A DNA stretch of 60,303 nt, filler included, from 3 parts of 3 records of this genome joined end to end with filler, not necessarily neighbours in it, one strand, 5' to 3'; counted from the whole stretch's first letter, positions 49,005 to 58,953 are shown. Numbers and translations: made by a program. The notes: generated by a model from the sequence alone, not told the origin.

Positions 49005-50438
49005 CTATGGGTCGGGCCGATCAGTAAAGGCTGCGTATTCCAAGGCGAGATCGGAAAGTTCGGACTGGATCTGGCCGCGCATCGCGGCAAGCTGGCTGGC
49101 CTTGCGAGAGTTGCCCCTAAGGACCACCCGCGCGCGGGTTTCGGCCCACAGCATTGCGGCGATGTCCAGAAATGTAAGCGTCGGCCGACCGGTGGCCAAT
49201 GCGACGGCAACCATCCCAATTCCGCTGAGCCAGCCCGTGGCAGCCCCCCAGTGCCAACCGACGACGATGCCGACCGCAGTTCCCATCAGCAACCAGAATA
49301 TCGGGTATACGAACAGGCCAGCAAAGATCGACCAGGTCGATCGCTTGTCCAGCTCTTTTCTGCGACTGAGCTTCCGCAACAGCCAAAAGGGCAGCAGGTT
49401 CACGACAAGTCCGAACAGAGCAATCGGCGCCAGAAGCACAGCCTTCAGGACCATCACCGCCCCGCCGCCTGAAAACGGGCCGCTTTCAGTCACCACGCCA
49501 TGGGCAACCTGATCATCCCGAAGACCGGATTTGCGCAAGGCCCGGTCGTATTCGGCGACTTGCTGGCGCAAAGCATCGGTTCTCCCTGGCTGCGTTTCCC
49601 GAACCCAGAGATATCCATCATGGATACCTCGGCGGATCTCAGCGATTCCATGCAGCGCCGTCGTCCGGTTCGCGCCCGGTTCGGCGTTCTCGATGATCTC
49701 GGCGGCCCGAGCGACAAGCCGGGCCTCTTCCCAGCTTTCGTGGCCGGGGGTCATGGCATCCAGCTGGTCATGAAGGCGGCGGGTCAGGGCCCTGACCGCA
49801 TCCCTGCGGGTTTTATGGTTCTCCGACAGGAAGCTGTCGATATCTGCGGGCCTGATGGAAACCGGCTCTCCGATCTCCAGCAAGGCGCGTGACCGGACCC
49901 GGTGCTTTGCTTCGAAAGTCAGGCAGACGGGCAGCAAGGACAGGGACAGCGGGCCGTGTCTCGTTTCGGTTTCCAGCGCAATCCGGGCTGCCCCCGACTT
50001 GAGCGGCAAAACACGCGGATTGTTGTGGCTGATCCCCTCTGGAAAGATGGCCAGCACCCCGCCCGCATTCAGAAGATCCGAGGCTCTGGAAAAACTGTCG
50101 GCCATTCCCCCCCTGCGCGCGCGGCCATCCTGGCGACGGTAAAGCGGCACGACGCCGGCGGCGTTCAACAACGGACGCAAAGGGCGATAGTCCCAGACCG
50201 TGCTGGCCCCGAGAAACCGGGGCATGCGTGGCAGGAATGCCGTGATCACGGCGGCATCCACAAGGCTGTTGGAATGGTTTGCCAGAACGATAACCGGCTG
50301 ATCCAGTGGAAAGCGTTCAGCCCCGACCACTTCGATCTGACGGTAAAATGCATCCAACGCCAGACGCCCCAACCACCGTAAAAAGCGATCGGTGTACGGG
50401 CGCGGCCGGGCCCGGTCTGGACGAGGTTCGGCGGTCAT
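49005..50438 (-). CDS. Glycerolipid acyltransferase with C-terminal TM region
   Basis: 'ANHSNSLVD' (HX5D), 'PLYRRQD', 'IFPEGISH', 'LKSGAARIAL'; about three C-terminal TM helices. Confidence 0.85.
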   Translation of the reverse strand: MTAEPRPDRARPRPYTDRFLRWLGRLALDAFYRQIEVVGAERFPLDQPVIVLANHSNSLVDAAVITAFLPRMPRFLGASTVWDYRPLRPLLNAAGVVPLYRRQDGRARRGGMADSFSRASDLLNAGGVLAIFPEGISHNNPRVLPLKSGAARIALETETRHGPLSLSLLPVCLTFEAKHRVRSRALLEIGEPVSIRPADIDSFLSENHKTRRDAVRALTRRLHDQLDAMTPGHESWEEARLVARAAEIIENAEPGANRTTALHGIAEIRRGIHDGYLWVRETQPGRTDALRQQVAEYDRALRKSGLRDDQVAHGVVTESGPFSGGGAVMVLKAVLLAPIALFGLVVNLLPFWLLRKLSRRKELDKRSTWSIFAGLFVYPIFWLLMGTAVGIVVGWHWGAATGWLSGIGMVAVALATGRPTLTFLDIAAMLWAETRARVVLRGNSRKASQLAAMRGQIQSELSDLALEYAAFTDRPDP

Positions 50439-50744
50439 GATGCGGGCCTGTGCCAATCGGCGCTCGTTAGATGCGGCGTAGGATGACAACATCACCCTTT
50501 CAACGCCAAGCGTAGCCGTTCGTCGACGGGTTACAAGGGCAATCCCGGAAGGGATCGCTGACAGGCGTATTTCAGGCGCCTTCAGCACGTCGAGCGCCGA
50601 CCAGCCACGCTACCGCCAGTCCGGCGCCCGCCGATGGATCTCGGGCGGCGGGCATCCGCAACACCATTTCAGGACGTGCTCTTTTCCATTGTCCGCGATA
50701 TGACCTCTAGGAACCAATTATGCCATCGCCAACAGGATCAGCCC

Positions 50745-51533
50745 ATGCCGTTTACGCTCGCCACGTGGAATATCAACTCTGTCCGGCTGCGCGCCGATCT
50801 GGTGGCGAAACTGCTGCGCGAGGAAGGGCCGGATATCCTGTGTCTTCAGGAATGCAAAAGCCCGGTCGACAAGATCCCGGTCGAGATCTTTCAGAACCTT
50901 GGCTACGGCTACATGGTTGCGCAGGGGCAGAAGGGCTATAACGGCGTGGCGATCCTGTCGAAGCTGCCGTTGGAAGAAGCGGGCAGCCACGATTTCGCAG
51001 GGCTCGGCCACGCGCGCCACATCGCGGGGCGGCTGGAAAACGGGGTGACGATCCACAATTTCTATGTGCCCGCGGGGGGCGATGTGCCCGACCGCGAGGT
51101 GAATGAGAAGTTTGGCCAGAAGCTGGACTATCTTGCGGACATGCGGGACTGGGGCAAGTTCGACGCGCCGGAAAAGTCGATCCTCGTGGGCGATCTGAAC
51201 ATCGCACCCCGAGAGGATGATGTGTGGAGCCACAAGCAATTGCTCAAGGTCGTCAGCCACACGCCGGTGGAGGTCGATACGCTCGGCACCGTGATGGAGG
51301 CGGGCAAATGGGTGGACGTGACCCGCGCCGATATCCCGGAAGGGCAGCTCTACAGCTGGTGGTCCTACCGCGCACGGGACTGGGACGCAGCGGATAAGGG
51401 GCGCCGCTTGGATCATGTCTGGGCCACGCCCGATATCTCCAACGCCGCCCATTCCAGCCGCATCCTGCGGGACGCGCGGGGGTGGGAGAAGCCCTCTGAC
51501 CACGTGCCGGTCTTCGCGACGTTTGATTTGTGA
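50745..51533 (+). CDS. xth: Exodeoxyribonuclease III
   Basis: 'ATWNINSVR', 'LQECK', 'YNGVAI', 'GDLNIAP', 'PSDHVPV'. Confidence 0.95.
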   Translation: MPFTLATWNINSVRLRADLVAKLLREEGPDILCLQECKSPVDKIPVEIFQNLGYGYMVAQGQKGYNGVAILSKLPLEEAGSHDFAGLGHARHIAGRLENGVTIHNFYVPAGGDVPDREVNEKFGQKLDYLADMRDWGKFDAPEKSILVGDLNIAPREDDVWSHKQLLKVVSHTPVEVDTLGTVMEAGKWVDVTRADIPEGQLYSWWSYRARDWDAADKGRRLDHVWATPDISNAAHSSRILRDARGWEKPSDHVPVFATFDL

Positions 51534-51539
51534 GCGGGG

Positions 51540-51605
51540 AAGGCGCTTGCAAGCGCCTTTTTGAAGGGCCTTCGAAGGCCCTTTGAAGCGGTTTGCAAAC
51601 CGCTT
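51540..51605. repeat. Three tandem perfect 20-bp palindromes between convergent genes
   Basis: AAGGCGCTTGCAAGCGCCTT (51540-59), AAGGGCCTTCGAAGGCCCTT (51564-83), AAGCGGTTTGCAAACCGCTT (51586-605). Confidence 0.92.
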
Positions 51606-51618
51606 GGCCGCGCCCGGA

Positions 51619-52257
51619 TCAGAGCTTGGCGATCTCCTCCGCCAAGGCCGCCCCAAGCGCCCGGTGCGCCTCGGGCTCATAATGAATGCCGTCCTGTGTG
51701 CTGACGTCGATCACCGATCGGGCGTCGAAAAAGCCGATGCCGCGCGCCTTGGCCAGCCTTCGATAGCTGGTGGCCAGATGTGGTCCCACGGCTTCTGCTC
51801 CCCAGAACTGGTCACGGATCGGGCCGGTTTCCACCACCGGCGGCGGGCAGATCAGCAGTACTTTGAAGCCACCATGGCGGGTCTGCATCGGCTCTGACAG
51901 GGCGATGTCCAGCAGCCCCGCCACCCCGCCGGTGATACTGGCGACCGTTGGCGCGAACCGGGTTTTAAGGTCATTCGTCCCCAGCATGATCGTCAGCACA
52001 TCCACTGGCCCATGGCTTTCCAGCGCCATGCGCAGCCCCGATTGCCCGTTCATATGCGCGCCCATGATGGGGTCATCCAACCCCGTGGTGCGCCCCGGCA
52101 ACCCCTCCTCAACCAACGTCCAGCCGGGGCCGAGCGCCGCCGCCACCACCGTTGGCCAGCGGTCGGCCTGGCCATAGCGGCCATAAAGGCCTGGGGTGAC
52201 GATAGGGGGCGTGCCATGGGTGTTGCTGTCGCCGAAGGTCAAAAGGGTTTGGGTCAT
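51619..52257 (-). CDS. SGNH/GDSL hydrolase
   Basis: 'FGDSNT', 'EGLPGRTT', 'MLGTND', 'DGIH'. Confidence 0.92.
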   Translation of the reverse strand: MTQTLLTFGDSNTHGTPPIVTPGLYGRYGQADRWPTVVAAALGPGWTLVEEGLPGRTTGLDDPIMGAHMNGQSGLRMALESHGPVDVLTIMLGTNDLKTRFAPTVASITGGVAGLLDIALSEPMQTRHGGFKVLLICPPPVVETGPIRDQFWGAEAVGPHLATSYRRLAKARGIGFFDARSVIDVSTQDGIHYEPEAHRALGAALAEEIAKL

Positions 52258-52326
52258 GGGCGCTCCACACTGTTTGCCTGCAACGCTATGTCCCGGTCCC
52301 GCGCACGTCAAAGCCGAAACGACCCC

Positions 52327-52355
52327 CTTGGCCTTTCTGCCCTCGCGGCCCATAT
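52327..52355 (+). promoter_or_regulatory. Sigma32-like promoter of cnoX
   Basis: CTTGGC-N16-CCCATAT resembles the alphaproteobacterial RpoH consensus. Confidence 0.55.
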
Positions 52356-52384
52356 AGGGCGGGACATATGTGAAGGGGGCTCTG

Positions 52385-53308
52385 ATGCTCGAACTCGATG
52401 GACTTCAGCCCGGCCCTGCCGCCGGCGATCTGATCATTGACGGAACCGAAGAAAACTTCATGGCAGCGGTCGTTGAGGCCAGCCAGGAGGTTCCGGTTAT
52501 CGTGGATTTCTGGGCCACCTGGTGTGGGCCGTGCAAGACGCTTGGACCGCAGTTGGAGGCCGCCGTCATCGCCGCCAAGGGCAAGGTGAAGATGGTCAAG
52601 ATCGACGTTGATCAGAACCAGCGGCTGGCGCAGGCCTTGGCGCAACAGGGGCTGCCGTTGCAATCCATTCCGACGGTCGTGGCCTTCTTCGAGGGCCGTC
52701 CGGTCGACATGTTCCAGGGCGCGGTGCCGCAATCCGAGATCAAGGCGTTTGTCGACAAGCTGACCGCCCTGACTGGCGATGGCGGGTTAGCCGAAGCCGT
52801 GGAAGCCGCCGAGCAGATGCTGACCGATGGCGAAGCCGCCGACGCGGCCCAGACCTTTGCCGCGATCCTTGGCGAAGAGCCGGAACATGCCGGGGCCTAT
52901 GGTGGGCTGGTGCGTGCCCATCTGGCGATTGGAGAGATGGACCAGGCCGAAACCCTGCTGGCCAACGCGCCTGAAGCGATTGCCACCTCGCCAGAGCTGG
53001 AAGCCGCCCGTGCGCAGTTGGAGCTTGCCCGCCAGGCCGCTGATGCGGGCCCGTTGGCTGAGCTGTCGGCGGCAGTCGAAGCAGACCCCGCCAATCTTCA
53101 GGCCCGGTTCGACTATGCGCAGGCGTTGCATGCCTCTGGCGATGTGGAGGCGGCAGTGGATCAGTTGCTCGATCTGTTCCGACGCGACCGGGAATGGAAC
53201 GAGGGTGCCGCGAAGGCGCAGCTGTTCACGATCTTCGAAGCGCTGAAGCCCAATGACCCCGTTGCATTGAAGGGTCGGCGCAAGCTGTCGTCGCTTCTGT
53301 TTGCCTGA
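52385..53308 (+). CDS. cnoX: Thioredoxin-TPR chaperedoxin CnoX/YbbN
   Basis: 'DFWATWCGPCK' followed by TPR helices; C-terminal 'RRKLSSLLFA'. Confidence 0.88.
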   Translation: MLELDGLQPGPAAGDLIIDGTEENFMAAVVEASQEVPVIVDFWATWCGPCKTLGPQLEAAVIAAKGKVKMVKIDVDQNQRLAQALAQQGLPLQSIPTVVAFFEGRPVDMFQGAVPQSEIKAFVDKLTALTGDGGLAEAVEAAEQMLTDGEAADAAQTFAAILGEEPEHAGAYGGLVRAHLAIGEMDQAETLLANAPEAIATSPELEAARAQLELARQAADAGPLAELSAAVEADPANLQARFDYAQALHASGDVEAAVDQLLDLFRRDREWNEGAAKAQLFTIFEALKPNDPVALKGRRKLSSLLFA

Positions 53309-53335
53309 TCGGCCTTCCTGCCTACATAGTAGGGC

Positions 53336-53590
53336 ATGATGTCCTCGGCTGATCTGCCAGATACGATCCCATTGTTCCCGTTGCCCGGTGCGCTGCTGCT
53401 GCCCCGGGCGCGGCTGCCGCTGCATATCTTCGAGCCTCGCTACCTTGCGATGCTCGAGGACTGCCTGAAGACCCAACATCGCCTGATTGGCATGGTGCAG
53501 CCGCTGGAAGGTGGCAGTGCCGGCCAATCACGCCTGCACGAGATCGGCTGCGCAGGCCGGGTGACGCAGTTTTCCGAAACCGAAGACGGG
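53336..53590 (+). CDS. LON peptidase substrate-binding domain protein (5' part)
   Basis: 'IPLFPL...LPLHIFEPRYLAM', 'IGCAGRVT'; cut by the gap. Confidence 0.9.
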
Positions 53591-53690
53591 NNNNNNNNNN
53601 NNNNNNNNNNNNNNNNNNNNNNNNNNNNNNNNNNTTAATTAATTAANNNNNNNNNNNNNNNNNNNNNNNNNNNNNNNNNNNNNNNNNNNN
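53591..53690. other. Artificial contig linker
   Basis: N-run with TTAATTAATTAA. Confidence 0.98.
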
Positions 53691-53728
53691 GGGGGCCGGC
53701 CGCCTGTCCACTTGTCTGGCCCCGGGGC

Positions 53729-54370
53729 TTACCCCAGCCCGAGACGCTTCGCCACCTCGGAAACCAGCGCCTCCACCTCGGCGCGGGCGGCGGTCCGCGC
53801 CCCCTCCTGCGCGCAGAGGCCGCGACCCAGCGCCTCGGCATAGCCCACGCGGTGCGCCAGAGAGGCCTGCGCCACCTCGGCGCCCAGCTTGGTCGCGGCC
53901 TCCCCCACCTCGGCGCCCAGACGCGTGCCGCTGCGGGTGCGGTTCATCACCAGAAGCGTGTCGCGCCCCTCGCGGTTGGCAAGGTCCAGCACGCCCTCGG
54001 TCGCCCAGAGGTCGACGTGGCTGACCGAGACCGGCACCACCACCAGATCCGCCACCCGCAGCGCCGGCCGCAGGTCGCTGTCCGCCTTGGGCGGCGTGTC
54101 GATGATGACGATGTCGTTCGCGGCGGACAGCTTGCGGCACTCGTAAGAGATGCCCCAAGCCGAGGAGGTCGCGAAATCCAGCCCCTCGCAGGCCTCGGGC
54201 GTGCTTTCGATCCGGGTCATGAACCAGCGTCCAAGGCTGCCCTGCGGGTCAAGGTCCACCAGCGCCACCTTCAGCCCCCGCGTCTGAAAGCCGATGGCGA
54301 GATGCGCGGCCAGCGTCGTCTTGCCCGAGCCGCCCTTCTGCTGAGCCACCGTGATCACCCGTCCCGCCAT
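53729..54370 (-). CDS. ParA family ATPase (short, no adjacent parB seen)
   Basis: Deviant Walker A 'QKGGSGKTT', 'DLDPQGS', 'IIDTPP'. Confidence 0.9.
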   Translation of the reverse strand: MAGRVITVAQQKGGSGKTTLAAHLAIGFQTRGLKVALVDLDPQGSLGRWFMTRIESTPEACEGLDFATSSAWGISYECRKLSAANDIVIIDTPPKADSDLRPALRVADLVVVPVSVSHVDLWATEGVLDLANREGRDTLLVMNRTRSGTRLGAEVGEAATKLGAEVAQASLAHRVGYAEALGRGLCAQEGARTAARAEVEALVSEVAKRLGLG

Positions 54371-54441
54371 GCGTCGTCCCCCGCCAATCCTTGCGTCACC
54401 TTGCACGGCCCGGCCCTGCTCTGCCAGCCCCCGCAGGCCGC

Positions 54442-54457
54442 TTAACCCGGCATTAAC
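54442..54457. promoter_or_regulatory. Perfect CtrA consensus box
   Basis: TTAACCCGGCATTAAC = TTAA-N7-TTAAC in a divergent intergenic region. Confidence 0.75.
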
Positions 54458-54504
54458 CAAGGTGAAGCCATCCTGAAGGTCCACCCGGACCGCGGGGCTG
54501 CCCG

Positions 54505-55167
54505 ATGCGACTGCTTGCCGCCTGCCTGATGCTTCTTCTTGCCGCGACGCCCGCCCTGCCCGGGGCATGGCCTTGGGCGAAGGGCGAGGGATTCGCCAGC
54601 ACGGATGTGCGGTTGTCGTGGCCGCAGGATCTGGAGCTGCTGCAATACGACAGCACGCCCCAGAAGTACTACACGTTCTACCTGGAATACGGGCTGACGG
54701 ACCGCTGGACGGTCGGACTCGATCTGGGCCGGTCGGTGTCGGGCGACGGCAAGACGGTCGTCTTCCTGCAATATCCGCTGCGCCACCGGGATCGCGGGTT
54801 GCAGGCCACGGCGCAGCTTGGCTTCGGCAAGATCTCGGGCCAGCCGGTCCTGCGCCCGGGGCTGGCCATCGGCTGGGGGCTGAAGAACGGGTGGCTGACG
54901 GCGGAATCCGTGGCCGAGATTCAGGCCGACAGCGGCGTGGCTGACCTGAAGCTCGACCTGACGTGGGGGCTGAACATGGAGAACGGGTCCAAGTGGATCC
55001 TGCAGTTGCAGACCGGCAGCCCCTCTGACGCCGAAGATTTCGCGCGCGCCGCCTCTTCTGTCGTCGTGCCCCTGCGCAACGGGTTGAGCGTCGAGGCCGG
55101 TGTGACATGGGGCCTTGCGACGGACGAAAGCATGGGGCTCAAGCTGGGGCTGTGGAAGACGTTCTGA
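54505..55167 (+). CDS. Putative outer-membrane beta-barrel protein
   Basis: Signal peptide, alternating amphipathic strands, terminal Phe (WKTF). Confidence 0.65.
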   Translation: MRLLAACLMLLLAATPALPGAWPWAKGEGFASTDVRLSWPQDLELLQYDSTPQKYYTFYLEYGLTDRWTVGLDLGRSVSGDGKTVVFLQYPLRHRDRGLQATAQLGFGKISGQPVLRPGLAIGWGLKNGWLTAESVAEIQADSGVADLKLDLTWGLNMENGSKWILQLQTGSPSDAEDFARAASSVVVPLRNGLSVEAGVTWGLATDESMGLKLGLWKTF

Positions 55168-55203
55168 CAGCGGGCGCGGGCGTGGGCCAGTGTCGGGCCC
55201 CGC

Positions 55204-56586
55204 CTAGCCGGCGGGCGCCATCGGCAGGCGGATCTCGAAGCAGGTGCCGCTCTCATCGGTTCGGGCCAGACGCACGGTGCCGCCATGGCCGCGGATCAGT
55301 TCCGCCACGATCGCGAGGCCAAGGCCCGAGCCGCCCTTGCGCGCGCCCCCTGTGAAGGCCTGAAACAGGTGGTCCCGGGCCTTGGGCGGCAGGCCGGGGC
55401 CGGTGTCCTCGACGGTGATGACCCAATCCTGATCCTCGGTCCGGGCAGCGACGAGGATCTCTCCGGGCCGGCCGGTCGCGACGATGGCCTGCCGGGCGTT
55501 GCGGATCAGGTTCGAGACGGAGCGGTAGATCTGTTCCGGATCGCCGCGCACCATCATGCCCGCCGGGATGTCCTCGGAGAGGCTGACGTCATGCTCTCCG
55601 ATCGCCAGCCGCTCGGCCTCCAGCACCTCGCTGGTCAGGGAGGCAAGGTTGAACAGCGTCAGCGTCGGCGAGGGCTCTTCGGCGCGCCCGAAGGCCAGCG
55701 TGCTTTCGCAGAGCGACACGGCGCGGGTGATCGAGTTCACCAGCTTCGGCGCCAGACGCCGCACGGCGGGATCCTCGGACAGTTCGATCCGGTCGGTGAA
55801 CAGCTGCGCCGAGGTCAGGATGTTGCGCAGGTCGTGGCTGACGCGGGCCACGGCCCCGCCAAGCTGGGCCAGCCGCTCCTTCTGCTTCAGCGCCTGAGTC
55901 AGCTGGGTCTGAAGGGAATGCAGCGCGTCCTCGGCCTCTCGCAACTCGCGGACCTTGGCGCTTGGGGTGATGATGCGGTGCGCATCCTCGGGCGCCTCGG
56001 CGTAGCGCAGCATGTGGCCCACCACGCCCTTGATCGGCTTCACCAGCAGCACCCGCACCGCCATGAAGAGCAGGAGCGCCGTGATGATCGAGATCACCGC
56101 CGACAGGATCAGGATGCGCAGCCCGTATTCGATCATCGCCGCCCTGAGGGGCTGCGAATCCATCGTGACCTCGATCAGTTGCCCGGCCTCGCGCGAGGGG
56201 CTGCCGATCACCCGAATGACCTCTGGCCCGCTTTTGACCAGCCGCATCATGGCATCGCGCAAAAGCTCCCAGCCGTTGGTCTCGCGCAGGTCGAAATCCG
56301 CCGCGACCATCCCGGGCAATTCCGAGGAAAGCACCAGTTCGCGCACGTCGTCGCGCCGCAGCACGACGTTGTAGACGTCGGCGTTGTCCAGCAATTCCGC
56401 TTCCAGCTCTGCGCTGAGCATGTCGTCCGCCAGCAGCGCAAGCGAGGCGATCTGCGCGCGTTCCAGCCGCGCCAACAGGTAGTCCTCGCGGAAGCGCGCG
56501 ACCGATGGCACGAAGATCAGCACTTCGGCCAGCATCACGAAGAGCGTGGTCAGGATCAGCAATCGGCCGGAAAGCGAGTTCATCAT
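55204..56586 (-). CDS. Sensor histidine kinase
   Basis: Two TMs; H-box 'SHDLRNIL', N-box 'NLIRNA', 'DTGPG', 'GSGLGL'. Confidence 0.93.
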   Translation of the reverse strand: MMNSLSGRLLILTTLFVMLAEVLIFVPSVARFREDYLLARLERAQIASLALLADDMLSAELEAELLDNADVYNVVLRRDDVRELVLSSELPGMVAADFDLRETNGWELLRDAMMRLVKSGPEVIRVIGSPSREAGQLIEVTMDSQPLRAAMIEYGLRILILSAVISIITALLLFMAVRVLLVKPIKGVVGHMLRYAEAPEDAHRIITPSAKVRELREAEDALHSLQTQLTQALKQKERLAQLGGAVARVSHDLRNILTSAQLFTDRIELSEDPAVRRLAPKLVNSITRAVSLCESTLAFGRAEEPSPTLTLFNLASLTSEVLEAERLAIGEHDVSLSEDIPAGMMVRGDPEQIYRSVSNLIRNARQAIVATGRPGEILVAARTEDQDWVITVEDTGPGLPPKARDHLFQAFTGGARKGGSGLGLAIVAELIRGHGGTVRLARTDESGTCFEIRLPMAPAG

Positions 56587-56610
56587 AAGGCGTTGATCTA
56601 TTCCGCCCGG

Positions 56611-58026
56611 TCAGGGAAGCCAGCGTTGGACAAGCCGCACCACCTTTTTCAACAGGTCGTTCTCGAAGAGCTTCGGAGTGAAATAGGCCCCCGCCGCGCG
56701 CTTGTTAACCTCTGATATGGTCGGATAGGGCGCAACCATCGCGGAAATCGCGCTCATCTTGAGGCCATTGGCGATGGCCAGCGACCAAAGCGCGATCAAT
56801 TCGCCGGCCTGCTCGCCCACGATGGTCGCGCCGACGGGCTTGCCCCGCAGCACCATGACCTTGATGAACCCCGCCGTCTTGCGTTCGGCGATGGCACGGT
56901 CGTTCTCGTCGAAGGCAAAGCGGGCGACGGTCACGCGGTCGCCGTGTTCCTTGCGGGCCTCGGCCTCTGTCAGGCCGACCTGCGCCAGTTCCGGCCGGGT
57001 GTAGGTGGTGCGCGGGATATGCGCGGTCTTCGCCTTGGCGGGCAGGCCAAGCACGGCAGAGCGCACGACGATGCCCGCGTGATAGCCCGCGAGATGGGTG
57101 AACTGCATCCCGCCCGCCGCATCGCCGATGGCATAGACGCGGCGGTTGGTGGTCTTCAGGCTGTCATCGACCTTGATCCCGGTCTTCGTGGTCTCGATCC
57201 CCGCGCGGTCGAGGTCGAGCCCCTCCATATTCGCCCGCCGACCCACGGCGACCAGCAGGTGAGAGCCGGTGTAGCTCTGCCCGCCCTTCGCGGTCACGGT
57301 GACGCCCCCCTCGGCAGAGACGCTTTCGACCTGAGCGCCTTCGACGATCTCGACCCCTCCGGCGCGCAACTGGTCCAGCACCACGGCGGCGGCCTCCGGG
57401 TCCTCCTTGCCCAGCGCGCGGTCGCCTTCGAGCACGGTCACGCGAGAGCCAAGCCGACGATGCGCCTGTGCCATCTCCATGCCGATGGGCCCGCCGCCGA
57501 TGATCAGCAGGTGATCAGGGCGCTCGCGCAGCTCCCAGAGCGATTCGTTGGTGAGGTAGGGCACCGCATCCAGCCCCGGGATCGGCGGCACGAAGGGGGA
57601 GGATCCGGTGGCGACAACGATCCGCCGGGCGGTGATCCTGTAATCGCCCGCCTCGACCTCTGTCCCAGAGACGAAGCGGCCGTAGGCGCGGATCACCCGC
57701 ACGCCAAGGCCCTCGAACCGCTCTTGGCTGTCGACGGGGGCGATGGTCTCGATCACGCCGTGGACGTGTCCCATGGCAGCGGCGTAATCGACCTGCGGCT
57801 CTGCGTTGGCGACGCCGAATTGCTCTGCATGGGTCATGCCATGCGCCGCCTTGCCCGCCGCGATCAGCGCCTTGGAGGGCACGCAGCCGTAGTTCAGGCA
57901 GTCGCCGCCCATCTCTCCGCCTTCCAGCAGCACGACGCGCGCGCCCATCTGCATGGCCCCCGCCGCAACCGATAGCCCGCCGGACCCGGCGCCGATGACA
58001 AGGATGTCCGTCTCGATGCGCTCCAT
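56611..58026 (-). CDS. Class I pyridine nucleotide-disulfide oxidoreductase (LpdA/MerA-like)
   Basis: 'GAGSGG', 'GGDCLNYGCVPSK', 'GGGPIG'; no C-terminal Cys pair. Confidence 0.9.
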   Translation of the reverse strand: MERIETDILVIGAGSGGLSVAAGAMQMGARVVLLEGGEMGGDCLNYGCVPSKALIAAGKAAHGMTHAEQFGVANAEPQVDYAAAMGHVHGVIETIAPVDSQERFEGLGVRVIRAYGRFVSGTEVEAGDYRITARRIVVATGSSPFVPPIPGLDAVPYLTNESLWELRERPDHLLIIGGGPIGMEMAQAHRRLGSRVTVLEGDRALGKEDPEAAAVVLDQLRAGGVEIVEGAQVESVSAEGGVTVTAKGGQSYTGSHLLVAVGRRANMEGLDLDRAGIETTKTGIKVDDSLKTTNRRVYAIGDAAGGMQFTHLAGYHAGIVVRSAVLGLPAKAKTAHIPRTTYTRPELAQVGLTEAEARKEHGDRVTVARFAFDENDRAIAERKTAGFIKVMVLRGKPVGATIVGEQAGELIALWSLAIANGLKMSAISAMVAPYPTISEVNKRAAGAYFTPKLFENDLLKKVVRLVQRWLP

Positions 58027-58763
58027 CACAGGCCCTCCTTGCCGCGAATCGCCTTGATGACGATGGGCAGGGCCGCCAGCGCGGCCAACCCGAGAAGCGG
58101 CCCGAGCACATGTGGCGTCCAGAACAGCGAGAGGTCCGGGCTTTCGCCCCGGTCGAAGACCTCGCCCAGCCCCACGCCGATGGAGGTGAAGACGAATGCG
58201 CCCGGGATGATCCCGACGGCGGTCGTCCAGAGGAAGTTGCGGAAGGACACGCCTACCAGCGCGGGCGCGAGGTTTGCGACGAAGAAGGGCACGACGGGCA
58301 CCAGCCGCAGGACCAGCAGGACGCTGACCTCGTTCTCGCGCAGGCCGTCCTTGACCCGCTTCATGGTGCCTTCCGAGGTCTCGAGCCGCTGCGTCAGCGT
58401 GCGCCCCAGCCCGGCGCGGGCGGCGAAGAAGATCAGCACGGCCCCGGTGGTGGCCGCCGCGACGTTCAGCGCGGTGCCGGTCCACAGGCCAAAGAGGAAA
58501 CCGCCGGTGACAGAGGCGACGGCGGCACCGGGCAGGGACAGGGCGACGATGACCACGTAGGTCGCGGCAAAGCCCAGCGCCATCAGCAGGAAATGCGAGT
58601 CGCGGAAGGCCACCAGCGCCTCTCGATTGGCGCGCAGCGTCTCGAAGCTGAGATAATCGCGCAGCGTGAAGAACCCCACTACGGCAGCCAGCAGGATCGC
58701 GGCCAAGGGCACATGGCGCGTCCAGGATCGGTTCGGGGAATCGGGGTGACTCATGCTGTCCAT
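58026..58763 (-). CDS. TVP38/TMEM64 (DedA superfamily) membrane protein
   Basis: 'LSLPGA...GGFLFG', 'LRLVPVVPFFVAN', 'GIIPG'. Confidence 0.9.
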   Translation of the reverse strand: MDSMSHPDSPNRSWTRHVPLAAILLAAVVGFFTLRDYLSFETLRANREALVAFRDSHFLLMALGFAATYVVIVALSLPGAAVASVTGGFLFGLWTGTALNVAAATTGAVLIFFAARAGLGRTLTQRLETSEGTMKRVKDGLRENEVSVLLVLRLVPVVPFFVANLAPALVGVSFRNFLWTTAVGIIPGAFVFTSIGVGLGEVFDRGESPDLSLFWTPHVLGPLLGLAALAALPIVIKAIRGKEGL

Positions 58764-58953
58764 CTCTGGCCTCTCGTTCGTGGCTGTGTGCCATGGAACA
58801 TGACCCTCGCCCCACGGGGGAAACAGCCTCTTCACGGGCGCTTGAACGCAGACCGGCATTCGGTGAGAAATCCGGCGGCTCCGGGCGGTTCCTGTAACAT
58901 TGCGCCGGGGCCGGGCGCGAAACTGAAACACGCGCGAGGCCCGAAACAGGTAT

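Noticed and set aside
51540-51605. Mini CRISPR array
   Set aside because: The units differ in sequence, have only 2-4 bp between them, and no cas genes are present.
56611-58026. Mercuric reductase (merA) call
   Set aside because: No C-terminal vicinal Cys pair, no NmerA domain and no mer operon context.
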